A program made the position numbers and the translations under genes. 64,000 nucleotides of DNA. Source: Octopus sinensis (lineage: Eukaryota). Every line of letters begins with the position of its first letter. Position 1 is the first letter of the stretch. Shown here piece by piece: positions 47,940 to 59,750 of the stretch. The stretch spans positions 207,328,001 through 207,392,000 of the forward strand of contig NC_042997.1 of the NCBI RefSeq assembly GCF_006345805.1, in the 5' to 3' direction. The notes below the pieces were generated by a model, which saw only the letters and a list, made by a program, of their open reading frames with translations, had not been told where the DNA came from and made no database searches.

Positions 47940-50900
47940 ACCTGCCTCACAGAATACAACAACAACACAGGGATTACAACAAAAAGCTTTGTAGACAGTG
48001 AGCAGATGTGGTTACCATTTGTCAGACAGGTTTTTCAACAGCTTGTTCAAACTGTGTCCTGGATTAAGCATAGACCAAGGCAGGGTACCTGCCACCTAGA
48101 GTATCTTCAGGTTCCCATAGGCCTCTGTCAGTTGGGCAATGTGGACAGTGGAAGTTCCACTCTAGCATTATATAGAGGATTACTGGCAGATAAGTACGAC
48201 GTTTTTGAGGAGACTCTGGACATCAATGAGAAGGAGCTGTCCCAGAATGTTAGAATGTCCCTTTTACATAATATCATTTTTACATACCATTTCCACTTTC
48301 AATTCGGAGTACTTGGGGATATTTCCAACCTCTTTACTCACAACATTCATGTCATTTGGTATGGCTACATCAATGATCTGAGAGTATTTATCTCTCTTAC
48401 TCAATATGACAATATCCGGCCGATGGTGTTCGACTAGACGTCTGAAAATCATAGTCCCAGAGTATCGTTACTTTTCCATCCTCCTGCATAACTTTCCTTG
48501 GTCCATGCTCATACCAGTTCTCTCTTACTTCATATTGGTATTTATGGCATAGGAGCCAAGGAAGATACACACACACTTTATCATGGTAGCGCTTGCATTC
48601 TTTTTGTGCAAGACCCTCACATCCACTTACCAAGTGGGTCACATTTTCCACTCTCTTTCCACAGAATCTGCATTTCTGGGTGTCAGAAGTTTTATAGATA
48701 TTATACTTTACAGAATTGGTAGCAAGAGCTTGGTCTTGTGCAGCAATGATCAGGCTTTCGATGGTACACTTCAAATCACCTCGCTCAAGCCACACTCACG
48801 ATGCTTTATTATCCTTAACGTTTTGTGTATTCCTTTCAAACTGTCCATACATTCTCATTTCATGAAGGTCTTCTTTTCTCTTCTCCTCGGCTCTTTGGTT
48901 AAACTCCTCCTTGCCCATCATTTCATCAGCATTTACACCCATATCTTTCGCAGCGTATTGCAGCAGGTCTTCATCACTATCAAATACTCGGCAAGCATTC
49001 TCCTTTCACTCCTTATACAACGGTCTATACTAATTAGTCCTCAGCCACCATTCTTCCCTTTTCATATACAGTCTGTTTACATTTGCTTTGGGTAGTAGCA
49101 CCCCATGCAGCATCATAAGCTTTCTCGTCCCCTTCTACCCAGTGTTGATATTTCCTCCTTAGTCCATTTGAGGATGGACGCACTATATCTGACCACCGCA
49201 ACAGTCCAGATATTCATTGCAGTAACCGAAGTTTTTGGTATTCAGATTGGATTTCAACACCATCTTCACTATTTTTCGACACGCCTCGCTGACCTTGACT
49301 TTTATTTCTGTGTAGAATGTCATCCAGCTCCAAAATCCCTAAATATCTATACCCACTACCACCATCGGGTTCACCCATGGTCTCTCTTGATGGTAATCGT
49401 AATCCTCTGTCGGCTGCTTTCTTCCCTCTTTTCATACTAAGTACTGAGCATTTGGTAATCCAAATTCCATACTAATGTCCCTACCTCACTTCTGGACTGT
49501 TTTGGTTAAGGAATCTGTTTTTCAGATTTCCCAAACAATTTCAGGTCATCCATAAACAGAAGGTGGTTCAATGATGGGTCTTTCTCCCCACATTGGTAAC
49601 CCATCTTAACATTCCAAAGTGTCATTGTTATGGATATTAGTGCAATTACAAAAAGTAACGGAGAAAACAAGTCTCCTTGGAAGATTCCTCTTTTAATATT
49701 AACTTCTCCAAGGAATAAATTACTTTACAATTTGGTTTCCCACTCTTTCATGCTATGCATCAGAAAATTTGTGATGTTGTCAGCAACGCCAAACATCTGC
49801 AGGCATTCAACGATCCAAGAACGAGGCATCATATCATATGCCTTCTTAAAGTCAATCCAATCCACAGACATGTTTGTATGCTGTTTTTTACAATGCCTCA
49901 GAACTGTTTTATCGATGACCAGGTGATCCTTGGTACCCTGAGAACTCTTCTTACATCCTTTTTGTTCCCTTGGTAGTATTTCTTCCTGTGCTAGGAAAGT
50001 GTATGTCTCCTTGCTGCACATATTCCAGTGAGTGCCTTCCAGATTATGTTTGGGCATGGGACAGTAGTTTCCCCACAATATTCCCCTTTCTTCAATCTCT
50101 CATTACAAGTGTTGTCCTCCCAGGTACAGTTGTGGGGACTGTACCTTTCTGGACACACTCATTCAATTTGCCTATTAGTCTTTCATATACCACATGGCAT
50201 CTTTTCAGCCAGAAGCCATGAATCCCATCTAGTCTGGGGGCTTTCCAGTTAGGCACTTTACCCACTTTTTCTTCCACATCACCCATGCTTATGACAATAT
50301 TCCTTTGTTTCTTTCTTCCTTGTAATTCGGTCTTGATAGTTCCTATCCACATTGCAGCCCTTTTATGCACCACATTGTTTCCCCATAATCCGTTCCAGAA
50401 CTCCTTGGTTTGGTTTGCATCAGGAGCCACATTTTCTCCATTGCCTCTTTCTGATGTTTGGAAGAATTGCTTCAGATTATTTTTGAACAATCTGTTCTCC
50501 TCAAACTGCTTATTTCTGTTCACAAATCTGTTGATCTTCTGGCTTTTTGCCATGATCCTCTGTTTTAATTATTCTATTATCAAACCCATTCTTCCGTATT
50601 TCATATTTCTTCTCTAATTTTTCTCAGTCGGTTTTATTCCCATCTTTCCAGTTTCCTCTTAACCATTGCTCAATTTTTCCTAGATCTTGCCTTGTCCGCA
50701 TTATGTTCCTTTCAATGTGTCGTTTCCACCATTGTTCTTTCGCTCCACCACTTTTTGTTCTCTTAAGTTGTAATTTCTCCTCAACAAGTAGTGCAATAGC
50801 TCGGAGAAGATTCCTAGTTTGCGTCACGTCCTCTGTCTTGATGTACAGTATGACAGTATTTACCTTTTGTGTTACTTTATTTATCATTCTTCCATCTACC

Positions 50901-51540
50901 TTTCTCATGTTCATGGGGATGTTTTCTTCTGGAGCATTCATCAAGTTGGTGAGTTGTCTTTGAATTTCAAGCAATTCATTATCTAGTTGGTTCATTTCCC
51001 CTGCAGGTGCACCCACCACAGCGTCAGGGTTTACTCTACAACGTTCCCGTTCCTCATCCTTAACAGCTCCATCACCATTCTCCTCTTCCTCCAGTCTACT
51101 CTTCTCTCTGCTTTCAATTCCTACCTCTATGTTTTCACCTCTGACCATCCTTTCTTGCCCATCTGCTGGGTCTCTCAGACTCTCACTTATCCAAGATATT
51201 TTTACTCCAGTTAAGTAACTCTTCCTCCTAATTACTCTCATGGGTTTCATTAGTTTATTTTCTGACTTTGGACACAGGTCCTTTTCCATCCAAAATTTCA
51301 AGGTACGTCGGTCTACCCCACGACTTCTTTCCAGCTTTGCTCTTTCATGACATTCAATAAGTGTATCGTATTCTTCCTTCGTCCACTTATGTCTGTTTTC
51401 GTGCACACCGTGTACGTGACCTGTTGTGAAATAACGACCGTCTGATGCGGGCGGTTTTGGACGTGCCAGGTGGGGATCCTTCACCATAATCAGCCATAGC
51501 TTCATTCTTGCTGTTAATTCTTTCCTTGTTGTGCTGCATC
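47940..51540 (-). mobile_element. R4/Dong LINE family E, long and degenerate
   Basis: Peptides KWTKEEY, GCKKSSQGTKDHL..WIDFKKAYD, AAQDQAL..CRFCG..HLVSGC, RPDIVI; (ATT)n at the 5' side. Confidence 0.88.
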
Positions 51541-51570
51541 ATGATTATTATTATTATTATTATTATTATT

Positions 51571-52010
51571 GCCTTTGTACAGCTTCTAACGCTAGAGATG
51601 TACTACAGTGCCAGCTGTTCACTACCAGTGAACTAAGGTAACACCTCTTATTTTTCGAATACCTTCCGCAGTATTCGAGCATTTCCAAGCAGTGCTGTTT
51701 TCTGCAAGTGCTCAACACTTATTGCAGCCCCTATTTGTCCCACATACTTCTCGAGGTTTTTGCTCACTGTTCCCTGAGCTATGACAATTATTGGTACTAC
51801 TGCTACCTTTTTCATCGACCACAACTGCTTAACTTCCCAAGCTAACCTCTCATATCTCTCGACTTTTCTTTCTTCCTTATCACATACCTTGTTGTCAGCT
51901 GGGCATGCTATATCTATGATCCACCTTTTGTTGTTGTTGTTGTCGGTGGTGGTGTTGTTGCTGTTGCTGATGCTGTTGTTGTTGCTTATAGTTTCCTTTC
52001 ATGATAACTT
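51571..52010 (-). mobile_element. 3' fragment of another Dong-like family (REL C-terminus)
   Basis: Minus strand reads KVERYERLAWEVKQLWSMKKVAVVPII...QKTALLG.ARILRKV; follows an (ATT)n tract. Confidence 0.75.
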
Positions 52011-52019
52011 TATTTAAAC

Positions 52020-53640
52020 TGTCATAGTGCCAGGCATCCTCCTGAGGCCAAGAGTAGCAAGGGCACTTTTGTTTTGCTATGCATGCTAAAATTATCACCA
52101 CATTCATTCTATTTTAGATGGAGAGTGCTTTCTGTAGTATATGGGCTGTACTCATCATGGTTATCTTTTGTAGTTCACGGAGATTGGAGTTACCAGGAGT
52201 TGCTTAATATATTTCTTGGTTCCCTTCTTTATCATTCCCAATGCACCAAATACTACTGGTATTATCGTAGAGCTAAGCTTCCACATTTCTGTGATTTCAA
52301 TTGGCAGATCTTTACAGTGAGAAAGCTTTTCGTATTCTCTTCTTGAGACATTTTGATCTTGTGGGACAGACATATCTATTAACAGACATGTTCCTCTGTT
52401 GTTGTCCTTGATCACAATGTCTGGTCGATTGGAGTCAATTTTTCTGTCTGTTTGTATAGGGAAGTTCCAGAGAATAGTGATGCCCTTGCCATTAACTACA
52501 TCCTCTGGATGGTGCTTGTACAACTTATCATGGGATTTAATTTTGTAGGTATTTTAGAAGCATTCCGGTGCATGTACTGACCTAGTTTGTCATGTCTTAT
52601 CGGGTTCTCCTTTTCACCGAGGACTGAGCAGCCAGAAACAGCATGATCAATTGTCTCTGTGAATTTTCCTCCAAATTCTGCATAAGGGGTCAGATCCATC
52701 TTTAAGGACATTTGCTTGGTAGGTAAGCTCTAATCTTGCTCTGTAATAGCAAAACCTTCTGTTTCCCCCTTTCAGACCTGTCCCTTGCAGCCATTGGCGT
52801 GTTAGATTTTCCAGGCAGGAGTTTACCCTTCCAGTTGCCTTCCATATTATTCATGCAAGCCTTCTTTGCTTTTTGTTTGATGTCTTTTGCATCAGTGATA
52901 GGTTTGTCACCATTTGGATGATGTCTTTGCTCTTTCTGATTGTTAATTTCTAAATCAGGGGAAGCAGTGGTAGGTCTGTCAGTATTTGGGTGTCTTTGGT
53001 CATTCTTATTGTTAACGTGTAGGTCAAGAGACTTTTTTTAATTCTTGACTTCAGTGAAGTTCGTAAGAGCACATCACTTGTATTAAGGTTCGTCTCAAGG
53101 CCTATTATTGCTGATTTGAAGGATAGCTCAAGCTGTATCAGGCCTCTTCTGCCTATTTTTCTTGGGAGATAAATCCTGTCTACACCTGATTTTGGATGGT
53201 GCATTCGGTACCTTGTAATGATTTTACTGGTCTTTCCATCCATATTCTGTATGTCAGTGAGATTCCACTTAACGATATCAAAGCTATATGTGGTTACTGG
53301 TAGGGCCAAAGAATTGATTGCATTAATTCCTTTAGCAGCATTTAATTCTGAGTTTAGGACCATTCTTACCCTTTGATAGTATTCCTTGCAGATTTTCTTT
53401 TTTATTTTAGAGTGCTGGATACCATCACCTTCGTTGGTTCCCAGATATTTGTATACTTCAGTTTGGTCTAGGTTTCAAATAGCACTGGTAATCTCAAGTT
53501 CTATGTTTTCTGCCCTTATGAACTTCCCTGCCTTGAAAGTAGCCTTGGCACATTTATCAAGTCTGAATTCCATGCCTATATCAGAGCTGAATTCCTTGAC
53601 AATATTCAGGAGCTCTTTGTTTGTTTTTGGCAAACAGTTT
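52020..53640 (-). mobile_element. Dong-like family G, 5'-truncated and degenerate
   Basis: ORFs 52161-52523 (RPDIVIKD..LIDMSVP) and 52950-53363 (MHHPKSGVDRIYLPR). Confidence 0.85.
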
Positions 53641-53864
53641 TAGATCATGCATATATACCATCTCTTAACATTATTCAGTTGCGTGGATAAAGGGAACAAA
53701 AGAGTAATGGTGATAATGAGTCGTCTTGAAAGGTGATATTGATGTCTAGTGAGGTGGTGTATCCTTGTGCATGGTTTAAAATGACAGTTGTTCTCCACAA
53801 ATTCATGATTATTTTTTAAAAGTTCACAATCATTGGAGCTATCTTGTAAATTTCCAGGGCCTAT

Positions 53865-53900
53865 TATTGTTGTTGTTGTTGTTGCTGCTGCTGCTGCTGC

Positions 53901-53934
<34 letters not shown>

Positions 53935-53936
53935 AT
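53865..53936. repeat. Compound (TTG)n/(CTG)n microsatellite
   Basis: Directly visible. Confidence 0.9.
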
Positions 53937-54432
53937 GGTGGTCAAGTATGGCAACCCATACTTGACAGGTACTTCTTCACACAGCTGTCCACATCCATAC
54001 ACATCACATGACCATACCAGCACAGTTGTCTTTCTTGCACACCACATCTAATACTTGTCCAACGTTTCTATCAAGACTTTTGCATCAGAATGGCAACCCA
54101 TACTTGACATCAATCAGTGGATTTCGTAAGGAAAAATACAGAATACATGTATTTGTACCCTTGAAGTTTGTACTGTGGTGAACACCAAGTCAATTGCTGT
54201 TGACTGGTGTGTTTATTTTTCCTGTTTTGTCATCCATTTTGGGGTGGGAGACAGCTCACTTGAATTTATGTTTCTGTCAAAAGTTGTTTGCATTTTCCCC
54301 ATCACCATTGGAGAAAGCCCAACAGAACATGGTGAGGCCTATACGTGAAAGAGGGGGAGAGATCGTGGCTCAAATACAAAATGCTTTAGGTTCTGTCTAA
54401 TGACATACACATAAATACATTCTTATATATTT

Positions 54433-54476
<44 letters not shown>

Positions 54477-55928
54477 ATTTCAGTAACAGATTTTTAAAAA
54501 ATACAATAAAAGTAACAAAAACAGAATGCATCCTCTTCATCAGCATCATCTCCACCACCACCACCACCACCACCACCACCACCATCTGCTCACTTGTGTG
54601 GGACGGAATTTGTTGTGGATTTTCTATGGCTTGACGCCTTTCCTGTCACCAACCCTCACCTCGTTCCAAGGGAGGTAACTATTTCTCCATTTTACAGAGC
54701 ATCACAAAATATTAGCAACAAAGGACACCGCTTGCATAACAGGGACACTCGTTTACAGTTAACACATAATGTCAAGGCAAGGAGACACAAACAAATATGT
54801 ATGACAGGCTTCTCTCATTTTCTGCCTACCAGGGCTTCGTTTGGTCTATAGCTGTAGTTAAAGACACTTGCTCAAGGTGCCATACATTGAGACTGAACCT
54901 AAACCAAGGAAATTAAAAGTAATAGCAACAGAAGCAGCATTAATAACAAGAAGCAATCTTTATGTCCAACTAAATGTGGATGTTGTGTTAGAACACCAAA
55001 TACTGCCTTATTTACCTTGAGAGGCCCTCTCATATGGACACACGGTCCATAAAAGCACTCATATTTATATTGTTGGTAGATGTCAGTCATCTGCTACAGG
55101 CACCAAAACTGCCAGATCACGTATTTTCACTCTGCTCAGGTTCATCAGTGACAGACGCCCTGTAGCAACATAACAGCCAAATCTCTGTGTCAAAAATATA
55201 TAGACACTGATGTCACAAATAGCCTGAAGGCTTATTAAAGATAATTAATAGCAACAGAAGCAGTGTTAATACCAAAATGTTTTCTTTATGTCCATATGCT
55301 GTAATGAAGAAATAGGGGAAATTCCTGTCCACTGTAGAACTGTTTGTGAAGTTCTTTCTTTTTGAATCTTTTCTCTTTTCCTTTGTCATCTCTCTTATGA
55401 ATGACCATGACCCTAATTGTTGGACCTCCTCCTTCTCCTCCTTCTTGCTTACAATATGAAGATAATAACCTTGTACTCTGCTTTTGTGCCGCAAATATTC
55501 TTGGGGACACAAGATACACCAAAGAACCTCAACTTCAACATTCTTGATAGACATTTCAACAGCAAACACAAGACTCAGCAGTTTTAATCAGAATGGTGAG
55601 TGGAGAGAAGAAACAATACAACTTCAGCTACATGAATACACCATGGCCACATGTTTAACTTCACTAACACCACATCAGTGGCCATGTGAGAGGTCTTTCT
55701 GCCACATCCACTATAATACCATGTCTCCCAGTAGACTGGAAGGTCGTGGATGGAATATCTTTGATCTGAGTGATAAAAGTAATTTTCCTCATTTACTTAT
55801 TACTGATTAGAAATAAATCATTAAATATTTTAAATATTTTGTTTGTCTTTTGTTAAATTAAATCTCTTCTCTTTAAAAAAAATCAAAAACTTAAACAAAA
55901 ATGATAATCATGGTTTTGATTTTTACAG

Positions 55929-55983
55929 AAATTTGATGAATATCTCCTAAATAAACCAGTAAATGAAGGAGTTCATTCAAAAG
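55929..55983 (+). CDS. Macrodomain gene short exon (final helix of macrodomain 2)
   Basis: ttttacag acceptor, gtaaac donor, phase 0-1. KFDEYLLNKPVNEGVHSK(G) continues the preceding exon in frame. Confidence 0.7.
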
Positions 55984-56276
55984 GTAAACAATTTGTTTGT
56001 TGATATTGAATATTAGGGTGTTTTGCCATATCGTCTCTATTAAACACTGTTTATTAAAATGTTGTTATTATTATTATTATTATTATTATTCAGTAGTTTT
56101 ATTTTTATAGCGTGCTTTCACTTCACTACCGAGCGCAGCTCTGTGTGCCTTGGGTATGTGCTGTGATTTGGTTTGATGCTCTTTGCGTCGGATGTGTGTA
56201 TGATGCCCAGTAGTGCAATTAACTGTATGTTATATGTGTTTGTAAGTCCTGGTGTTTTTGTTATGTATTTGTCTGA

Positions 56277-57942
56277 TTAGAATTGGATTAGAATCAAAGG
56301 GCCTTAGAGTCAACCTAGCTAAAACCAAAGTCCTAATAAGTACGAAGGCAGCAAACCACAAATCCCTTCAGGTAGATGGCCCTGCTCAATCTGTAGAAAA
56401 GGTGTAGGTAGAAACTCTATAAGATGTACCCGGTATAAGCTATGGACCCATAAGAGGTGCAGTAATATCAAAGGAAGGCTAACTGGGAAGATAGTTTTTG
56501 TATGTGGCAGATGTTAGTTAGTTAGTTAGTTAGTTAGTTAATTTGGCTCAAAAGCAAATAGCAAGGCCATGTAGGGGGACATGGAGTTAAGTACAGGGTG
56601 GTGTTCATGTAAAGAGTTCAGGCCACTTGAGGTCCAGGGAGGCTTTGAACAAAGCGGTCGTCGGCATCTTCACCATCTCGTCTGGCAGCTTGTTCCACGG
56701 ATCCGCAACCCGGACGGAGAAAGCTCCTCTCCTTCGATTGAGATGAAATCGTCGCAGGTAGAGCTTTTCGGAAAGACCCCGCAGCCGATGTTCAGGAGCA
56801 ATAAACATTGAAAATGTGCAGAGAACAACTTCCGCCACATTCCAGGGAGAAAAACTAGAAGTAGTTGATAGCTTCCGTTACCTAGGTGACCAAGTCAGTA
56901 GCGGGGGAGGGTGCTCTGAAAGTGTAGCTGCTAGAATAAGAATAGCTTGGGCAAAGTTCATAGATCTCTTACCTCTGCTGGTAGCAAAGGACCACTCGCT
57001 CAGAGTAAAAGGTAGACTGTATGACGCATGTGTATGAACAGCCATACTACATGGCAGTGAAACATGGGCCGTGACTGCTGAGGACATGCGTAAGCTTGCA
57101 AGGAAAGAAGCCAGCATACTCCGATGGATGTGTAATGTCAGTGTTCATACTTGACAGAGTGTAGGTACCTTGAGAGAAAAGTTGGACTTAAGAAGCATCA
57201 GATGTGGTGTACAAGAGAGACAACTGCGCTGGTATGGTCATGTGGTAAGAATGGATGTGGATAGCTGTGGGAATAAGGGCTACACCCTAGCAGTTGAGGG
57301 AACCTGTGGAAGAAGTAGACCCAGGAAGAAATATGCTGTGCTTGAGAAGACTCGGTAAGCTCAAGTGTGACCATATCCTTGTGGCCTATGCTAGTGGTGT
57401 AACCAGTCCACTTATGCGTACCTTTCCTTCATTGGACACTAAACTCTGCTTGCGAAGACCAGTTGAGGCAAGTGAAATCGAAATCAAACTTGGTGACTGG
57501 CATCCGTTGCTAGTGGAGCGCTAAGAGTACCATACAAGTGAGATCGTTGCCAGAGCAAGAAGCTGGCCTCCGTGCCGATGGCATGTTAAAAACACCATTC
57601 AAGCATGATCATTACCTGCGTTGCCTTACTAGCACTTGTGATGGTGGCAAGTGAAAACAAAAGCATTCGAGCGAGGTCGTTGCTAGTGCCGCTGGACTGG
57701 CTCCTGTGCAGGTGGCACATTTGAGCATGACTGTTGCCAGTACCACCAACCTGGCCCTCATGTTGGTGGCACGTAAAAGCACTCATTACACTCTCGGAGA
57801 TTTTGGTGTTAGGAAGGGCATCCAGCTGTAGAAACTCTGCCAGATCAGACTGGAGCCTGGTTCACCAGACCTCAGTCGAATCGTCCAGCCCATGCCAGCA
57901 TGGAAAGCGGACGTTGACTGATGATGATGGTGATGATGATGA
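56277..57942 (+). mobile_element. 5'-truncated RTE inserted in Dong A3
   Basis: TSD ttgtctga at 56269-56276 and 57943-57950; (GAT)n tail. Confidence 0.92.
56516..56786 (-). mobile_element. 3' fragment of a CR1 relative inserted in the RTE
   Basis: Reverse complement matches ~12195-12440; (AACT)n tail; TSD gatgtt at 56510-56515 and 56787-56792. Confidence 0.9.
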
Positions 57943-58953
57943 TTGTCTGAATATTTTTTATCATGCCTAATGCACCTACTATGATAGGAATTGTTTCTGT
58001 TTTTAGATTCCACATTCGAGTTATCTCTATTTCCAGGTCTTTTCTTTTAGAGACATGTTGTAATCCGCTGGTATTGATACATCAATTAGAAAGCATTTTT
58101 TTTTTCATGATCTCTGACAACTAAATTCAGCTTATTGGCTTTAATTTCTTTATCTGTGTGTATTGGCATATCCCAGAGTATGGTTGCTTTCTCGTTTTCT
58201 GTGACCTTTTCTGTCGTGTGCTATACCATTTTTTTCTGTTGTTATTCCATAATGTTGGCATAGCTTCCAGTGTATGTAGGTCCCAACTCTGTCGTGTCTG
58301 TGAATATATTCCTTCTTAGCCAGGACTGGGCAGCCAGAGATAATATGATTTATTGTTTCTTGTCCATCTCCACATATTCTGCAGTTACTTGTTATGTTTC
58401 TTTTCATTACATGTTTTTGGTAATTTCTGGTGGGGAGGCTTTGGTCTTGTGCTGCAATTAAAAATCCCTCTGTTTCTGCTTTTAGTCCTGAGCTTCTCAA
58501 CCATTGTTGGGATTTTTCTCTGTCTATTTCTTTTGCATTTAGTTTAACCCAGTACTTGCCATGAAGGGGCTTTTTTGCCATCGTTTTATCATGGTCCGTT
58601 GCTGTTCTAGTTTTAGTTTTGATTTCATTTGCTTTATAGCTTTTGTTGTGTTTTCTTCTTCTTCTTCTTCTTCTTCTTCTTCTTCTTCTTCTTCTTCTTC
58701 TTCTTCTTCTTCTTCTTCTTCTTCTTCTTCATATTTATTTGGTGGTATGATTTCTTGTTTGTATTTGTCAGCTTCCTTAAATACTGAGAACAGTTTTTTG
58801 TTTTGCTCGTGTTTTGCTGCTATTTGTATCAGTTTTCCTTGCTTCTGAAGTAGGTATTTTTGCAGTCCTATGGTGGTTATTTTATAATAGTTTTCCAGCT
58901 TTATAAGGCCTCTACCACCTTCTATACGTTGTATATATAGTCTTTCTATGTCA

Positions 58954-59750
58954 AACTAGCAGCATAGCCCGGCGTTGCCCGGGTATGTAAACGCCCCTAG
59001 TAGGCAACGACTAATCCCAATCTAGTCCTTTCCCTCTAGGGAACGAAGACGCATGTGTAGGTTGCAATGTCTTCTCTTCACTCCCAAATAACTATCAAAC
59101 AGCTATCGATAATTCAACCCAGCCAATTCCTACCAGGAAGAAATTACATTCGAGACTTTACCCCACTTCTGCTAATAGCTGCTGCAGCCGCAAGTTATTC
59201 GAATACTTTTTTTGTTTAAACTTTCTTTATAACTACCACCACAAACGTTTTACCTTAAATTCTTGACGTACCCTAAGGGTCCTCGGATGCTACTTGCAAA
59301 CTCTTGGTTTATTATAAACCGTTTTTGTCGTGTGCACCAACAAAACTTTTCCATTCGTTTGTTCAGTTTGGTCACTTTTGACTTTTTCGTTGTTGTCACT
59401 CACATTGCTGCCCACTTTTTTGCCGTTTTTGTACATTTTTATACATTTTGGGATACTTATCCCACGTGTTCCAAGAGTTAAAAAGGTCGAGTTGTGTCCC
59501 CCAGACAGTCTGTAGAAAATGTGTTGCATATAAAAAACTTAGATTCTCGACCCATGTCGAATTTATCGATTTTTTTTCAGAACTGGAGGAACTTTTCAAC
59601 ATTTTTGCTGCGTTAGTTTTGAATTATGACATTGGACTATGTGTGTGTCAAGTTTCATCAGAATCGGTTGAAAGCCGTGGTCAGAGTGAGGGTACAACCT
59701 GACAGACACACAGACACAAAGACAGACAAACTGCCGTTTATATATAGAGA
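58954..59750 (+). mobile_element. DINE-1/Helentron-like non-autonomous element inserted in Dong A3
   Basis: 5' aACTAGcagcatagcccggcgttgcccggg; 3' aagtttcatcagaatcggtt, (ACAG)n-like run and tatatataga. The Dong sequence ctatgtca|gattttggg rejoins across it. Confidence 0.8.

Noticed and set aside
53640-53835. Possible Penelope RT N-terminal fragment
   Set aside because: No diagnostic motif was recognisable by eye.
54900-55600. Possible highly decayed RTE/BovB-like fragment
   Set aside because: Only a short LKLRFFG-like resemblance; boundaries cannot be supported.
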